Program-made: the position numbers and the translations under genes | In this document: piece after piece, positions 38,501-49,200 of the stretch | Position numbering within the stretch: position 1 is the first letter of the stretch | How the letters are laid out: each line of letters starts with the position of its first letter | NCBI GenBank assembly: GCA_951804945.1 | Contig: OX638153.1 | Span: 98,952,001 to 99,016,000 of the forward strand | DNA: 64,000 nucleotides | Origin: Podarcis cretensis | Taxonomy: Eukaryota | Direction: 5' to 3' | Notes under the pieces: generated by a model | Database searches by the model: none | What the model saw: the letters and a program-made list of their open reading frames with translations, nothing else | What the model was told of the DNA's origin: nothing

Positions 38501-41089
38501 TGCCACCACCAGCATATGAACTTCTGTACCTCACTTTTAGTCTTTCAGGCACCTCCACCCTCCCTTTGTTGAGCAGAAGACGCATTCTTCTGCTTCTTGC
38601 TAACCTCTAGGCCTGGGCTTAAGCAAGACAAGATGTCTGTTGCAACTGTCCCCCGACTCCACCTGGTCAGTGGGATCATTTCCTCTGCTTCTGTGCATAG
38701 GGGTGCGCACTGTGTACCAGTGCCTGCTTGTCACGTGTGAAGATTGCACAGCTGTCTATATTTGCCAGTTGGAAAGCTGCGAGCGGCAGCAGATTCCCTG
38801 CAAGTGTTCAGCTGCCCAAACTGTCATGCGTGACATTCACACAAGGGTCTAACTATGTGAATGTACACCCCCCCACACACACACACTGCATCAGAGATGC
38901 ATAGACCTTGCTGGGTTGTTGGAATGAACCTTAGCAACAACAGCAGCAGCACCAGCAATTTTATTATTTATATGCCACACATCTCGGTTGCCCCAGCCAC
39001 TCTGAGCGGCTCCTGACAAAATATTAAAATCAGTACAACATGTAAATGGAAAATAACCATTGCAAGGGAAAGGAGCAGTAGGGCAGTGAGATGTTAGGTG
39101 GGAAATGTGTAGGCTTGAGCTTTTGAAGAACTCTGCCAGCAGCCTTCACTTGCATCAGCTGGTCTGGCTGCAATATTCACTAAGTGAGGGCAAGGAGCAT
39201 TCAGAACAGAACAAGGCTGCTTTGTCATGGCGCTGATTTCTGACTTGGTCCTGCAGGCTCCTGGATGCCTTTGACACCGTGCCAGGTCATTTGACAGAGG
39301 ACCTCCACCTCTATTCCTTGAATGACCTGAGTGCCACCAAGAAGGGGGAGCTTGTTCCTTGCTTGACAGAGCTCCTCAAGGCAGGTACCCAGCACGTTGA
39401 GAAATGCATGGTGGGTAATCTTTTTACTTTCCCCCCCTTTCAGCCCCTTCCCGTCCTCCCAATTTGTATTGTATTTGTTTCTCCCCTGGGTCAAGTTTCG
39501 CACAAAAGCCATGCAGGGAGACCTGGATTTTCCCAGGCAGTGCTCTGGCTGTATGTCTGGGTGCCAGGGAGGCTGATCTTAACCCTTCCTAGTGAGGCAG
39601 CTTGAGCTGCAATCTCTATGGGAACATCGGTGGAGGAACTTAGGATCGCTCTTGAACACAAAGGAGAGGTTAACTTTGGTAGACTTCTTGTAACAGAGAA
39701 CCACCTGCACTGCTAAATTGAAGCTGGGATGAAGTTCATTTGAAACACAGTACCTGTTCTGGCTTCTCCCACATCTCCCCTCACCCCCACAAGAACCATG
39801 GGAGTGTTGGCATGGGGACCCTGCCGAACAGTAGGGTGTGGAGGACTGTAATAGGTATGGGACAACTGGTGAGGATTGGGGGCCCTGCATTGCATAAGCA
39901 GAGATGCTTCCTGCCAGTGTTACGATGGGGAGAGGTGACCCTCTTCAGTTCCATCACCCTCAGAATTTTTTTGGGGGGTGGCCCAGGAGAAGTCATTCTC
40001 TACGGCATTGGAATTCCCTCCCCACAGAGGTGTGTTGGGCACCTTCGTTCTATGGTTTCTGTGGCATTCTGAAGGTGCTCCTCTTTATCCTAGCTCCTGA
40101 CACATGGGAAGTATTTTCAGGATCCACCCTGTTCCTGGGACTGGAATTTGTTTCAGCTGTTGTAAATACTGAATTATAAATTGTTGTGACCAGCCTTGGA
40201 CCCTGGGTAGTGAATTGAAATTATAATTTAATTGATTGATTGCAACAACAGCAAATCCTAGTGCAGTGCCATTGTTGGATAAAACAGTATGTAATCACAT
40301 ACACAGTCTTGCTGTAATCCAACCTTCACGACCTGTAACCCTTAGATAAGGGCACACACAACAACTGGTTAAGATGCGGCAGAATTATTTCTGTGCTGCA
40401 GATTGGGTGGCCAAAGTTGCTTGCCTAAAGCCCTCAATGGCTGAGGCAAGATTTTCACTGGGGAGTTTGTGATTCCTTGGCGATGGTAGTTAATGAGCTG
40501 GCAGGTAGCCTTGTTAGAGATCACTTGCCACTTTTGTGGAGCTACCGTGCCCAGCGCTAAACAGATGCCCGTGGAGGTTGCTTGAGGGTGAGGCAAGGAC
40601 TCCTTGGCAGGGCGTTTGTGTCTCTCTGTGTGTGCACATGCTACAGATCCAGGGCTTCTCTGTCCCTTCAGAAGTGGGGATGCAGCTTCTGCTGGGCTGT
40701 TCTCCTTCACTCCCCTCCGCTTCTTCCTTTTCTCCCCCTCAGCTGTGCCAGGCCAAGGGCTTCATCTGCGAGTTCTGCCAGAACGAAGAGGACATCCTCT
40801 TCCCCTTTGAGCTCAACAAGTGCAGGACGTGTGAAGGTGAGAACGGGAGCCACATCCCCTGCGGCTGGGGGTTTGAGACGCTGATTTTGCTAGTTGCTCA
40901 TTTCCCTCTCCCCTTGCAGAATGCAGAGCCTGCTACCACAAGGTGTGTTTCCGCTCAGGACCCTGCCCCAAATGCGAGCGGCTGCAAGCGCGGAGGGAGC
41001 TGCTGGCCAAGCAGAGCATGGAGGCTGACATCTCGGACTACGAGGAGGAGCAGGAGCAGGAGGCGGCCGTTGAAGGAGCAGCCACGTGA
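8613..41089 (+). CDS. RUBCN: Rubicon (RUN domain and cysteine-rich domain Beclin-1-interacting protein), spliced gene, 5'-partial; 21 coding exons in window (2974 nt, ~990 codons)
   Basis: Exons 8613-8766, 11498-11581, 12411-12570, 15816-15922, 16873-17026, 17142-17696, 21038-21082, 23355-23450, 23912-24027, 25071-25272, 27659-27760, 29264-29338, 31264-31324, 32227-32359, 34537-34682, 35289-35353, 36284-36522, 38268-38329, 39257-39410, 40743-40836, 40920-41089. All have AG/GT ends with consistent phases. Translation matches Rubicon as I recall it: RUN domain ([18 protein letters not shown]...), Ser-rich region, coiled coil ([20 protein letters not shown]...), Cys-rich Rubicon-homology domain. 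Confidence 0.97.
10500..10920 (+). mobile_element. Degenerate L2-clade LINE RT fragment
   Basis: Reads [10 protein letters not shown]... and ...[10 protein letters not shown]... with frameshifts and stops; boundaries approximate. Confidence 0.65.
11498..11581 (+). CDS. RUBCN: RUBCN coding exon ([28 protein letters not shown])
   Basis: cag acceptor, AAG|gtgagc donor; 84 nt, phase 0-0. Confidence 0.95.
12411..12570 (+). CDS. RUBCN: RUBCN coding exon (FINLYENGQ...[30 protein letters not shown])
   Basis: tcttccag acceptor, G|gtaaga donor; 160 nt. Confidence 0.95.
12870..13123. mobile_element. hAT (Charlie-like) non-autonomous DNA transposon
   Basis: Imperfect TIRs catggataggcaaact / agtttgctgacccctg; exact 8-bp TSD ctgtagag at 12862-12869 and 13124-13131. 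Confidence 0.88.
15816..15922 (+). CDS. RUBCN: RUBCN coding exon ([35 protein letters not shown])
   Basis: long pyrimidine tract + cag; ATG|gtgaga donor; 107 nt. Confidence 0.95.
16873..17026 (+). CDS. RUBCN: RUBCN coding exon ([21 protein letters not shown]...)
   Basis: ttctttcag acceptor, CAAG|gtgaaa donor; 154 nt. Confidence 0.9.
17142..17696 (+). CDS. RUBCN: RUBCN coding exon, Ser-rich region (...[10 protein letters not shown]...RRSSFSEGQ...HVRSHSDT...)
   Basis: ctttccag acceptor, CACG|gtaagg donor; 555 nt, phase 1-1. Confidence 0.93.
19045..19200 (-). mobile_element. tRNA-derived SINE with CR1-like tail (related to 8062-8215)
   Basis: Reverse complement begins gatggctcagctggttagagc...ggttcgatcccc and ends ...ttggactagatgatcctc...attctatgattcta. 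Confidence 0.7.
20553..20589. repeat. (GT)n microsatellite
   Basis: seen directly. Confidence 0.95.
21038..21082 (+). CDS. RUBCN: RUBCN 45-nt cassette microexon ([15 protein letters not shown])
   Basis: ~60-nt pyrimidine tract + ttag; GCAG|gtttgg donor; phase 1-1, frame-preserving; resembles an optional segment I recall in mammalian Rubicon isoforms. Confidence 0.8.
23355..23450 (+). CDS. RUBCN: RUBCN coding exon ([32 protein letters not shown])
   Basis: ccctag acceptor, G|gtgagc donor; 96 nt. Confidence 0.92.
23912..24027 (+). CDS. RUBCN: RUBCN coding exon ([38 protein letters not shown])
   Basis: catcag acceptor, AAG|gtaggc donor; 116 nt; too short for the ORF track. Confidence 0.95.
25071..25272 (+). 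CDS. RUBCN: RUBCN coding exon, coiled coil ([20 protein letters not shown]...[17 protein letters not shown])
   Basis: ccccag acceptor, GACA|gtgggt donor; 202 nt. Confidence 0.93.
26277..26630 (-). mobile_element. L2-clade LINE 3' fragment
   Basis: ORF 26375..26644 ([15 protein letters not shown]...FKRHLK); (TTA)n tail; near-identical to 61640-62040. Confidence 0.85.
26683..27045 (+). mobile_element. Sauria SINE, full-length, young
   Basis: tRNA-like head gggacgcgggtggcgctgtgg...ggttcgaatccc; (ACCTTT)n tail; 13-bp TSD taagggtgtgtgt (26669-26681 / 27046-27058); CpGs largely intact. Confidence 0.9.
27659..27760 (+). CDS. RUBCN: RUBCN coding exon ([33 protein letters not shown])
   Basis: tcccag acceptor, G|gtaaga donor; 102 nt, phase 1-1. 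Confidence 0.93.
29264..29338 (+). CDS. RUBCN: RUBCN 75-nt cassette exon ([25 protein letters not shown])
   Basis: tgcag acceptor, CAG|gtagta donor; phase 1-1; downstream TGCATG motifs. Confidence 0.8.
29485..29842 (-). mobile_element. Sauria SINE, full-length, inverted relative to 26683-27045
   Basis: About 6 mismatches to the 26683 copy by eye; 13-bp TSD cctcccttctata (29472-29484 / 29846-29858). Confidence 0.9.
30153..30205. repeat. compound (TC)n(AC)n microsatellite
   Basis: seen directly. Confidence 0.95.
31264..31324 (+). CDS. RUBCN: RUBCN coding exon ([20 protein letters not shown])
   Basis: tttag acceptor, AC|gtatgt donor; 61 nt. Confidence 0.9.
32227..32359 (+). CDS. RUBCN: RUBCN coding exon ([44 protein letters not shown])
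   Basis: aacag acceptor, AAG|gtaggc donor; 133 nt. Confidence 0.95.
34537..34682 (+). CDS. RUBCN: RUBCN coding exon ([48 protein letters not shown])
   Basis: ctgcag acceptor, AC|gtaagg donor; 146 nt. Confidence 0.95.
35289..35353 (+). CDS. RUBCN: RUBCN coding exon ([21 protein letters not shown])
   Basis: ctgcag acceptor, G|gtgagt donor; 65 nt. Confidence 0.95.
36284..36522 (+). CDS. RUBCN: RUBCN coding exon, Rubicon-homology domain ([22 protein letters not shown]...NQVR)
   Basis: cttcag acceptor, AGG|gtaagg donor; 239 nt. Confidence 0.96.
37860..38244 (-). mobile_element. L1-clade 3'UTR fragment, antisense to RUBCN, abutting the exon 38268 acceptor
   Basis: T/A-rich tail on the left; reverse complement shares motifs (acatggctt...gttataa; gtgaggaagtc...atattggaa) with the L1 3'UTR at 49906-50260; TSD ctatt(c/t)cacttggtctttt 37841-37859 / 38245-38263. 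Confidence 0.75.
38268..38329 (+). CDS. RUBCN: RUBCN coding exon ([20 protein letters not shown])
   Basis: tttccag acceptor, GC|gtaagt donor; 62 nt. Confidence 0.94.
39257..39410 (+). CDS. RUBCN: RUBCN coding exon ([24 protein letters not shown]...HVEKCM)
   Basis: ctgcag acceptor, ATG|gtgggt donor; 154 nt. Confidence 0.95.
40743..40836 (+). CDS. RUBCN: RUBCN coding exon ([31 protein letters not shown])
   Basis: cctcag acceptor, G|gtgaga donor; 94 nt. Confidence 0.95.
40920..41089 (+). CDS. RUBCN: RUBCN last coding exon ([27 protein letters not shown]...AAT*)
   Basis: ttgcag acceptor; TGA at 41087-41089. Confidence 0.95.
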
Positions 41090-44000
41090 CAGATGAGAGA
41101 CTGTGGCTTGGTGCGTGGCCTCTGCCTCCAGGGACTGAACTGACAGACTGACTCTTCCACAGCTAATAAGCCAACGTGATGGGAGCCTTGGGGGGGGGGG
41201 GAGTCCCTCAAAGGGTTATTTTGCACTTGCCTCTGGAGGTTTTGGTGCTTCCCTTCTGTCTGAGCCACAGGACGAGGGAGAGAGAGACTTGCTTTCTGTT
41301 TCCGCCACCAACTTTGATGCACTGCGGAGCCCAGCTTTGCTGCCACCGCAAAGAAAGTAGCAGCTGGCTTTGCCTTGAGCGCCTGAACCTCTCTCCACAT
41401 GCCACTTGGGAGAAGCTGGTGGGTGATGCTGGTGGGCTTATGTGGCTGAGCTCCTGGCCAAGTTCCAAAACACTCCTAAAGGGAAAACGGCCCACGTGGA
41501 AACTTGTTATTTGCTGTATTGGCTGCTGTGTGCCAGAAGAGGCAGCTTTTTATGTTTTTCTTTTGCCAAAACCACTGCCTATAACTCTGTATACTTTGCT
41601 GCTGAATGTCATTTATCTGGCCCTAATTTTTTGTGCCTGAAGGAAGCCAGAGAACCGAAAGGGGCATTCAACCTGCCCTTTTATTTCGTCGGGAGCTGCC
41701 TAGCTACAATAGATACTGGGGGTGTAGAAAATCTGCTGGTACCTAGCGGGAGAAGCTGAGGAGGGTGGGGCGATAGTTGGCAAACCCAAGGTTTCCACAA
41801 CTCTTCTCAGAATAATCTGCCCCCACACCCCAACACCCTATTAGAGAGGACCTAGCTCCTGCTTCCTTCCCTACCACCGTTTCTTCCAATTTGCCTAAAA
41901 AGTCTTTTTCCTTGCAAGGGAAATGTGGGTTGGCAGCTTGCAGAAGTAACTGTACCCTTCCAGGATGCTGGATTTGGGAAGGATTCCAGTTTAAAGCCTA
42001 CATAGGACTTTCCTATTGTGGGAGTTAACCTCTGGGCTCTTTCTTAGATCAGAGAAGATTTCTGACACTTTTGCAGCGATGCATTTGCTTCTCCTGCTGA
42101 TATTTCTGCTGTTTCTGTCTTGACACCTAACCTCTAGGACTTACCTGGCTTTGATGGTAAATTGGTAGGTGCCTTTTGTTGTTTAGGGTACAGGAGATTT
42201 CCTATTACTGGTCATGTTTCATGATCAAGCAGACCATGAGGCTGGAAAGGGGCAACTATTTAGTAGGATGAGGGGCAGAAAATGGTGCTGAAGATTGCAG
42301 TTCATCTCCTCATTCTTGCAGAAGCATGGCAGGGTCTCAAGGAGCAGAGCTTAAAGCAGCCTTCCTCCTCCTGATGTTTAGGCTCAATGGGAGCTGCAGT
42401 CCTGGAAGGGGTTCTAAACTGGAGAAGACAGGCTTCCGGCATGCTGGTGAGGTGGTGCTCTCTTGTTAACCACCAGCCATTCTACCAGAATTAGGGGCTG
42501 AAGGGGAGTTAGCTGTCCTGTTGCACTGAATATGGCTTGGGTTCATTCAGAAACAAACAAAACTTCCTTTCCTCATATTAATAGGTGAGCCTCTTTGTCA
42601 GATTCCTTTAATTTGGTACTTGAAATGTGGCTGTGCTTTATAATCAGGTAGGGTTCTTCCACACCAACTAGTCTTTATAGTCTCTTCCCTGCTCCTGTTT
42701 TGCAACGCTTTCTCCTAGCACCTTCTTGCCCAACTTTGCTTCCCGCACCTTGTTCCTCAGCAGAGAGATGTTCATCAGCCCTGCTTAATCTCCAAGAGTC
42801 TACCTTGTCTCTTAATCTCCAGGCTTTTTCATTGGGGAATCTCTGGCCTGTGGGGCTTGCTGGCAGCAAGTCCTGCAGGATCCAGAACTCTGCAGTGCAG
42901 CCAATCCCTGCTTTTGGCACAGATCTTTCCTTTGCAGTCTGGCTTTTGGTATAAAGCCAGGCTGCAGAGGAAGAAACAATTGAGAGCGCTTAAAAGAACC
43001 CTTTCAACATTGGGTCATCTTGTCAAAATGGCCTGCAGGGTTGGAGAAACTTGGGATCTGGCCTGTGCTGTGTGGTGGCGGGATTATTTTACGCTACAGC
43101 TGATGCTGGTATTCCTCTTATGGTGAAAGCACTTCACACCCTTATTGACTAGGTGTGTGCTCACAAACTTCTCCCAGACTCCTTTATGTGGGAGTTCCTG
43201 TGCAGGGGGAGAACAAAATGGGAGGGCCTCTGATGGCTGTGAGAGCAGCCTTCTCCTATCCTATGCTACTGTATGGCAGTATACCCAATTCTGTATATGG
43301 TGCTGTTCCGTAACAACCTCCTAGCAGAGCACATTGTGTGGTGTGGTCCTTCAGAGTACTTTCCTGTGTTGCTGCCTAGAAGCTGGAGATTGTATTCCTT
43401 GCAATATGACCAGACTTTCAAAGTCAGCTGGTTCTTGGACATTTGAAGTGGCCCAGTCTGAAAGGACAGTTGGTTTGTGGATGTTAGTGAGGGTCAGTGT
43501 GGTCTGTAGGTAGAAATGGCATGATGTCCTGAGGAAGGAGGAGGTGGCATTTTTGGCACAGGTCACTCAGCTAGCACACAGCAGAATCTCCTGCAGGAGG
43601 CAGCATATGTCCTTTTGTGCTGGCCTAGACTGCAAGACCCATTTTCTAAAGATGGATAGCAGTGTCATTTTAGCTACTGTATTTTTTTAGCTATACATAA
43701 CACACTAGAAAAACCCTGACCGAGATAAGCAGGACATACAGTTGACATGCGTGTAAAAGAACACGGTGATGCTCTGTGAAGATTTACTTAAAGAATGCTA
43801 TATAAAGGTAGACTTCCTTCTACCTGCTTTTTCTAAGAACAAGATTTGAGTGCTTGCAGTGTCAGGAAGTTGCCCACTTCTGCTCAGACACGGCCTTGGA
43901 AGGTGTAGCTCTGTGGCTTCCACTTGCTTAATTCAGTGGCACCCTCCGGCTTAGAGCCTCAGCCTTTTGCTGCTGCTTTTGGCAAGGCTGAAATATCTCT

Positions 44001-45089
44001 GTGTTGTTTTTTTAGCTCCACGTGTAGTTTGCTCAGAATATGCCCACGTCCATAATTTATAAAGGAAATGTTGAAATAATTGACTTCGGGTATGTTCAGA
44101 AAAAGTTGGTGGTTTGGTGAACTAGCAGTCTGGAATATGAGCGATTGAACCAGCTGAAGTGAAGGAACAAGGAGCCGGGAACACAGGTTACCTCTCTCAG
44201 CAGGGTGGATGCTTGCGAGATGGAGATGGGGGCACACCACAAGCACCCTGTTGACTGAACGCCTTGGGTGTTTGTGGGTTGGGTATTATCGTGAGAGGGT
44301 TCTTGGTGTTTGATGGCAGTGGGGCGGTCCATCCACCTCACCCCACCCCCAAAGACAGGATTTGCTCTGTCTCAAAGAAAACTGCGGGACCACTCCTCCC
44401 ATTTCCTGTGCCTTCACAATTCCTACAGTAGCCTGTTACCATCAGAACTCTACAGAAAGTGCTTCCCAAATAATTCCTGATCTAAGATTTTTAAAAAACA
44501 ACAGCGACAGGTTTGCAGCAGCATAGAGTATTTCATGCATTCTGAAGCCCTCACTTCAGTTAAGAGCCTCTCCCATAGATAACTGTTGAAGAACAACATC
44601 TTTTATCTTGATTACATACATCAGTTCCCTTGACTGCCAAAAAACAGTACACAGCTCTGTTTTATGGATTGGAGCTCCCCCTTGCTATCCTCGCTGCCTT
44701 TCAAAAATTGTTTTTACTTATTCCAGGGCCCAACTACACTTGCTGCTAATCATGTGCTTAAAGAAGCATGTTTTTAGGGCTCCAGTCTGAAATACACGTC
44801 CAACCCAGATCAGTGCCCACCCAGCCTTTGGACATTTGTCTTCTCTATTGAATATCACACCCTCCTGACTATTTGCCCCCAAATGTGCCATGAACAGAAA
44901 AGTCATATGGAATCCTGGTGATTTTTTCCCTCTCTCAAACGGTGGCAGCCTGGCTAAGTGTCTTTTTCTTATTTTAAATGTGACCATCGTCAAACGAAGG
45001 TGAGCGAGCCCTCAACCTTGTGTCACGAACAGTCTCAAAAGATTGTAAATCCACACTGCAATCCTTTACAGTTAAGAAGAAATTTTGTG

Positions 45090-45093
<4 letters not shown>

Positions 45094-45146
<53 letters not shown>
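45094..45146. repeat. (TA)n microsatellite in the putative RUBCN 3'UTR
   Basis: ~26 TA units seen directly. Confidence 0.95.
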
Positions 45147-45148
<2 letters not shown>

Positions 45149-45688
45149 ATCATTGTCAGCACTTCCGTTGATGACATTTCTTGTATTTGTCAGTAAGGCC
45201 CTCTTTAAAAAAGTTATTTTCCAGGACAGACTTTTGCCAGCCTGGTGCTCTCCATCTAGCTATGGGGCTACAATTTCCATCAGCCACAGGCAGCGCAGTT
45301 CTGCTGCCTGGGAGCTGATGAGGAAAGACTAGCTCAAAACATCTTGAAGGCACCAGTTGGCAAAAGCTGTTCTAGATGCACTGATCTAAGTTCCAAAAGG
45401 AGGGTGGCAGGTTGTGGAGTTTTTTTCCCCTTTTACGTGATAATTGTGCAGTCTCCTTTCTGCAGTGCCTGGAAAGCACACAAAGGGAGAATGTAATGCA
45501 CAGCGGAATGGTTAGGAAGCCAAATGGCCAGCCCTGATGAAGCTGTGATAGATTTCTGGTATGCCCACGGTTTTGCAGAATGACTGCTGTCCATATTGTA
45601 AATGCTATGTGAAAGTTCTTTATAAAGAGTTAATGGTGGAGTTGAAACCAGATATCCACCTGCTGTTAACCACAGAAATGCCGTCCAT

Positions 45689-45694
45689 AATAAA
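45689..45694 (+). terminator. Putative RUBCN polyadenylation signal (AATAAA), implying a ~4.6-kb 3'UTR
   Basis: First canonical AATAAA I found after the stop; followed ~20-40 nt later by a GT/T-rich tract (gctgtttttgcagtctctgtttctgtc); TGTA upstream at ~45597. Confidence 0.6.
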
Positions 45695-46062
45695 CTACAC
45701 TAATAAGCATGCTGTTTTTGCAGTCTCTGTTTCTGTCGAACGTGAAACGCCTCCTCATTCGTAGGTTCCAGGCTCTGGCTTTGCTGGGCTACCATCTCCT
45801 CCTGCTACTGCCCACCATTCTGCCACGCAGAAACATGGTAAAAACCTGTCTGCTGTGTGGCACGCGGCTTTGGGATTGCATAGCAGGTAGAGAGCGGGGC
45901 TTCAGGAACGCAGCTTGACCTACTGTTGCTTCTTGTTCCGCACCATCTTAAAAGGGTGAGCAAAACCTGCCTTTTTGCACTACAGCCGTTGTGTAACGTT
46001 AGGCTGGCCTCAGCCGCTGTGAAAAAGGCAACGTCAAGTCTTGCCGTTTAGCCACTTGAGGA

Positions 46063-46217
46063 TTACTTGGAGAACTTTTGAGGGCTGTACTTGCGCTCAA
46101 ACTGGTCCACGTCAAACTTCCTCTTGCAGCCAGCATAGTTCATGTAGCGGATCTTGCCAAACACAGCCCGCTCTGCCCAGCCTTGGTCGTGGATCCCACA
46201 GATAGACCACATACAGC
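46063..46217 (-). CDS. phr: Photolyase last coding exon ([37 protein letters not shown]...KFSK*)
   Basis: catcag acceptor; TAA at 46065-46063. Confidence 0.96.
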
Positions 46218-49200
46218 CTGATGGGAGGAAAAAAGAACAAACGGGTCTCTGCTTTTGCATTCTTCCTCCCTCCTTTCTCTGCAGAAACAGACACAGACAC
46301 AGGTCTGGTGTTTCCAGCTCCGCAGGGGGTTGGACTAGATTGGCTCTTGGGGCCCGTTGCAACCCTATGACTCTATGATACAACCACCCAGCCTCTTCCC
46401 ATGACTGACCTACGTATCCATTGGGGTCCCTGCCATCCAGTTCATAGCGGTCATTAAGGTAGATGGAGAATTTCAGGGCCTCTTCTGGCGAAGTGGTCCA
46501 CTCCAATATTTTCTTGGCCCAATACATCCTCAGGAAGCCGTGCATCTTCCCTTCATGAACCATCTGGAGCTGAAGCACAGGGATGGAAAGGTGGATGAGC
46601 TACGGATGAGGCCTTCTTGGGAAGTGCCACCCGCCCTGCGGAATGCCATCCCATCAGATGTCAAAGAGATAAACCATCATATGACTTCCTGTATCAGGAA
46701 GCTTTTGATGTTTTGGTGTGTTCTTGGAAGCCACCCAGAGTGGCTGGGAATGTGTTTATGGAACCAAAGGGGTGGTGGCCCAAAAAACTGGGGCGCACTG
46801 GTTTAGATAAAAGGTGAGTAAAGGGGGGACTCTATGGGTATCCCATAGGGGCAGCTGGTTGGCCATGGTGAGAAGGAAGTTCTTCATCACCTCTTTCTGC
46901 TCCATCACTATTGTTCACACACCCTTCAATAGCAGTTTCCAGAGTGGGATACAACAGTTTTAAATTCAGAATCAAAAAGAGTTAAAACTCATGACAGTCA
47001 CAGGAATGAAGTGGGGCCCTATGCTCTTAACCCCACAAGCAGGAAATAAAAACAACTGTACACATTCAGAAATGGCCCTTCAGAAGGTAGCCTGCCACTG
47101 AACGTTTAGTTAGTATGGTTAAACAGACATTTTTTCAATCCCCCTTTATTTTTATTTATATATATATAATTTTTTATTAAATTTTCTGTTTCAGAATTTA
47201 AAATACTCATTTAAACATCCTTAAAATATCAACGACATCCCTTCTTCTCTTTCCATGGTTCATTTTACATATCATAAATCCCTTCAGTATTCCATTATTA
47301 CACCCGTCAAAACTTATTTACACTGCTGAATTTATATTAATGCTGCCAACGTTTTCAAGTGTACACAATTATTTCCCATATATTCACTAAACGTTTTCCA
47401 ATCTTCTCTAAGCGTATGTTCTTCTTGTTCTCTTATTCTGTGTGTAAAATCTGCAAGCTGCGCATGTTCTGTCAACTTTAGTTGCCATTCTTCTTTAGTT
47501 GGGACCTTGCTAGTTTTCCATTTTGGGGCTAACGAAACACGCGCCACAGTAGTGGCACACATAAGTAACTTTTTTTGACACCTGGGAATTTCCATCCCTA
47601 ATCCCCCTTTAAAGCCATCTAATCCAGTGGCCATCACAACATCCGGTGGCAGAGATTTGTACCACTTAACAAGGTAGCATGTAACTTTTCCATTCCGATC
47701 GAGCTGCTGCTCCAAAGAGTTTTAGCATTATTGGAGAGGGAGATGCAGATCTCCAAGCACGCGACAGACACGTGCTCGGAAGCCAGCACATGCCCATCCA
47801 AAAACAGGTCCTCACACACCTTTGGAGTTTAGGTTTACCTGCGCAGCATTCCAGAGAGGGTCGTGCGTCTTTCCTGCCTCCAGCTGTTCCATTGTGTATA
47901 GGTAAGGTCGCTTGTCTTTGGCATGCAGCTTCAGCGTAGTCTTGGCCCAGTCGTAAGCCCCTTTGGATGGTATAAGGCATAAAAGATTATGGTTAAAAAG
48001 TAATTGAGCCCTATTAAAATGCAGTATTATCATAAAGGTAAAAAGGTACAGGACCCCTGGACGGTTAAGTCCAGTCAAAGGCAGCTATGGGGTTGCAGCA
48101 CTCATCTTGCTTTCAGGCCAAGGGAGCCGGCGTTTGTCCACAGACAGCTTTCTGAATCATGTGGCCAGCAGGACTAAACCGCTTCTGGTGCAACAGGACA
48201 CCGTGATGGAAGCCAGAGCACACAGAAACGCCGTTTACCTTCCCACCGCAGCGGTACCTGTTTATCTACTTGCACTGACGTGCTTTTGAACTGGCAGAAG
48301 CTGGGACAGAGGAACGGGAGCTCACCCCATTGCGCGGATTCAAACCACCGACCTTCTGATCAGCAAGCCCAAGATGCTCAGTGGTTTAGACCACAGCGCC
48401 ACCTGTGTCCCTGCATTATCATATCACACATAAAGGCAAGCGTCGCAGAAGAGGTGTCTTTGCAGAGCAGAGAAAGGCGAAACAGGTGTTAAAGACAATT
48501 ATGAAAAATGTTGGTCTGAAATTAAAAGGGATCTAGATGTTTGGTCAAGATTGAAACTTTCCTTGACAGGACGTATTGCTGCTATTAAGATGAATGTATT
48601 GCCAAAAATGTTGTTTTTGTTTCAAACTTTGCAGATTGTGGACAAAATGGAGTGTTTTGGGAGGTGGCAGAGAGATATTTCAAAATTTGTCTGGCAGGGC
48701 AAAAAGCCCAGAATTAAGTTTAAGATATTAACTGATGCTAAAGAAAGAGGGGGCTTTGCCCTGCCAGACCTAAAGTTGTATTATGAATCAGCAGCTTTCT
48801 GCTGGTTGAAAGACTGGCTACTTCTTGAGAACACTGATGTTTTAGATTTGGAAGGATTCAACAATGCGTTTGGTTGGCATGCATATCTGTGGTATGACAA
48901 GGCTAAAATACATAAGACTTTCAAGAACCATGTTGTCAGAAAAGCAGTATTTAATGTCTGGCTGAAATATAAAGACTTATTGGAAAACAAGACCCCAAGG
49001 TGGTTATCACCAATGGAGGCTAAGGCCCTGAAAAAACTCAATATGGAGGCCAAATGGCCAAAATATTGGGAAATAATAGAAAAAGATGGAGATAACTGGA
49101 GGTTGCAGAGTATGGAGAAAATAAAAGATAAAGTGCGAGATTGGCTACATTATGCTCAGATTAAAGAAGTTTTTAAGTTGGACAAAAAGATAGGATTCCA

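Noticed and set aside
41176-45918. Short ORFs in the RUBCN 3'UTR (e.g. 41176-41640, 44958-45332)
   Set aside because: No recognisable homology or splice context; some are products of the (TA)n repeat.
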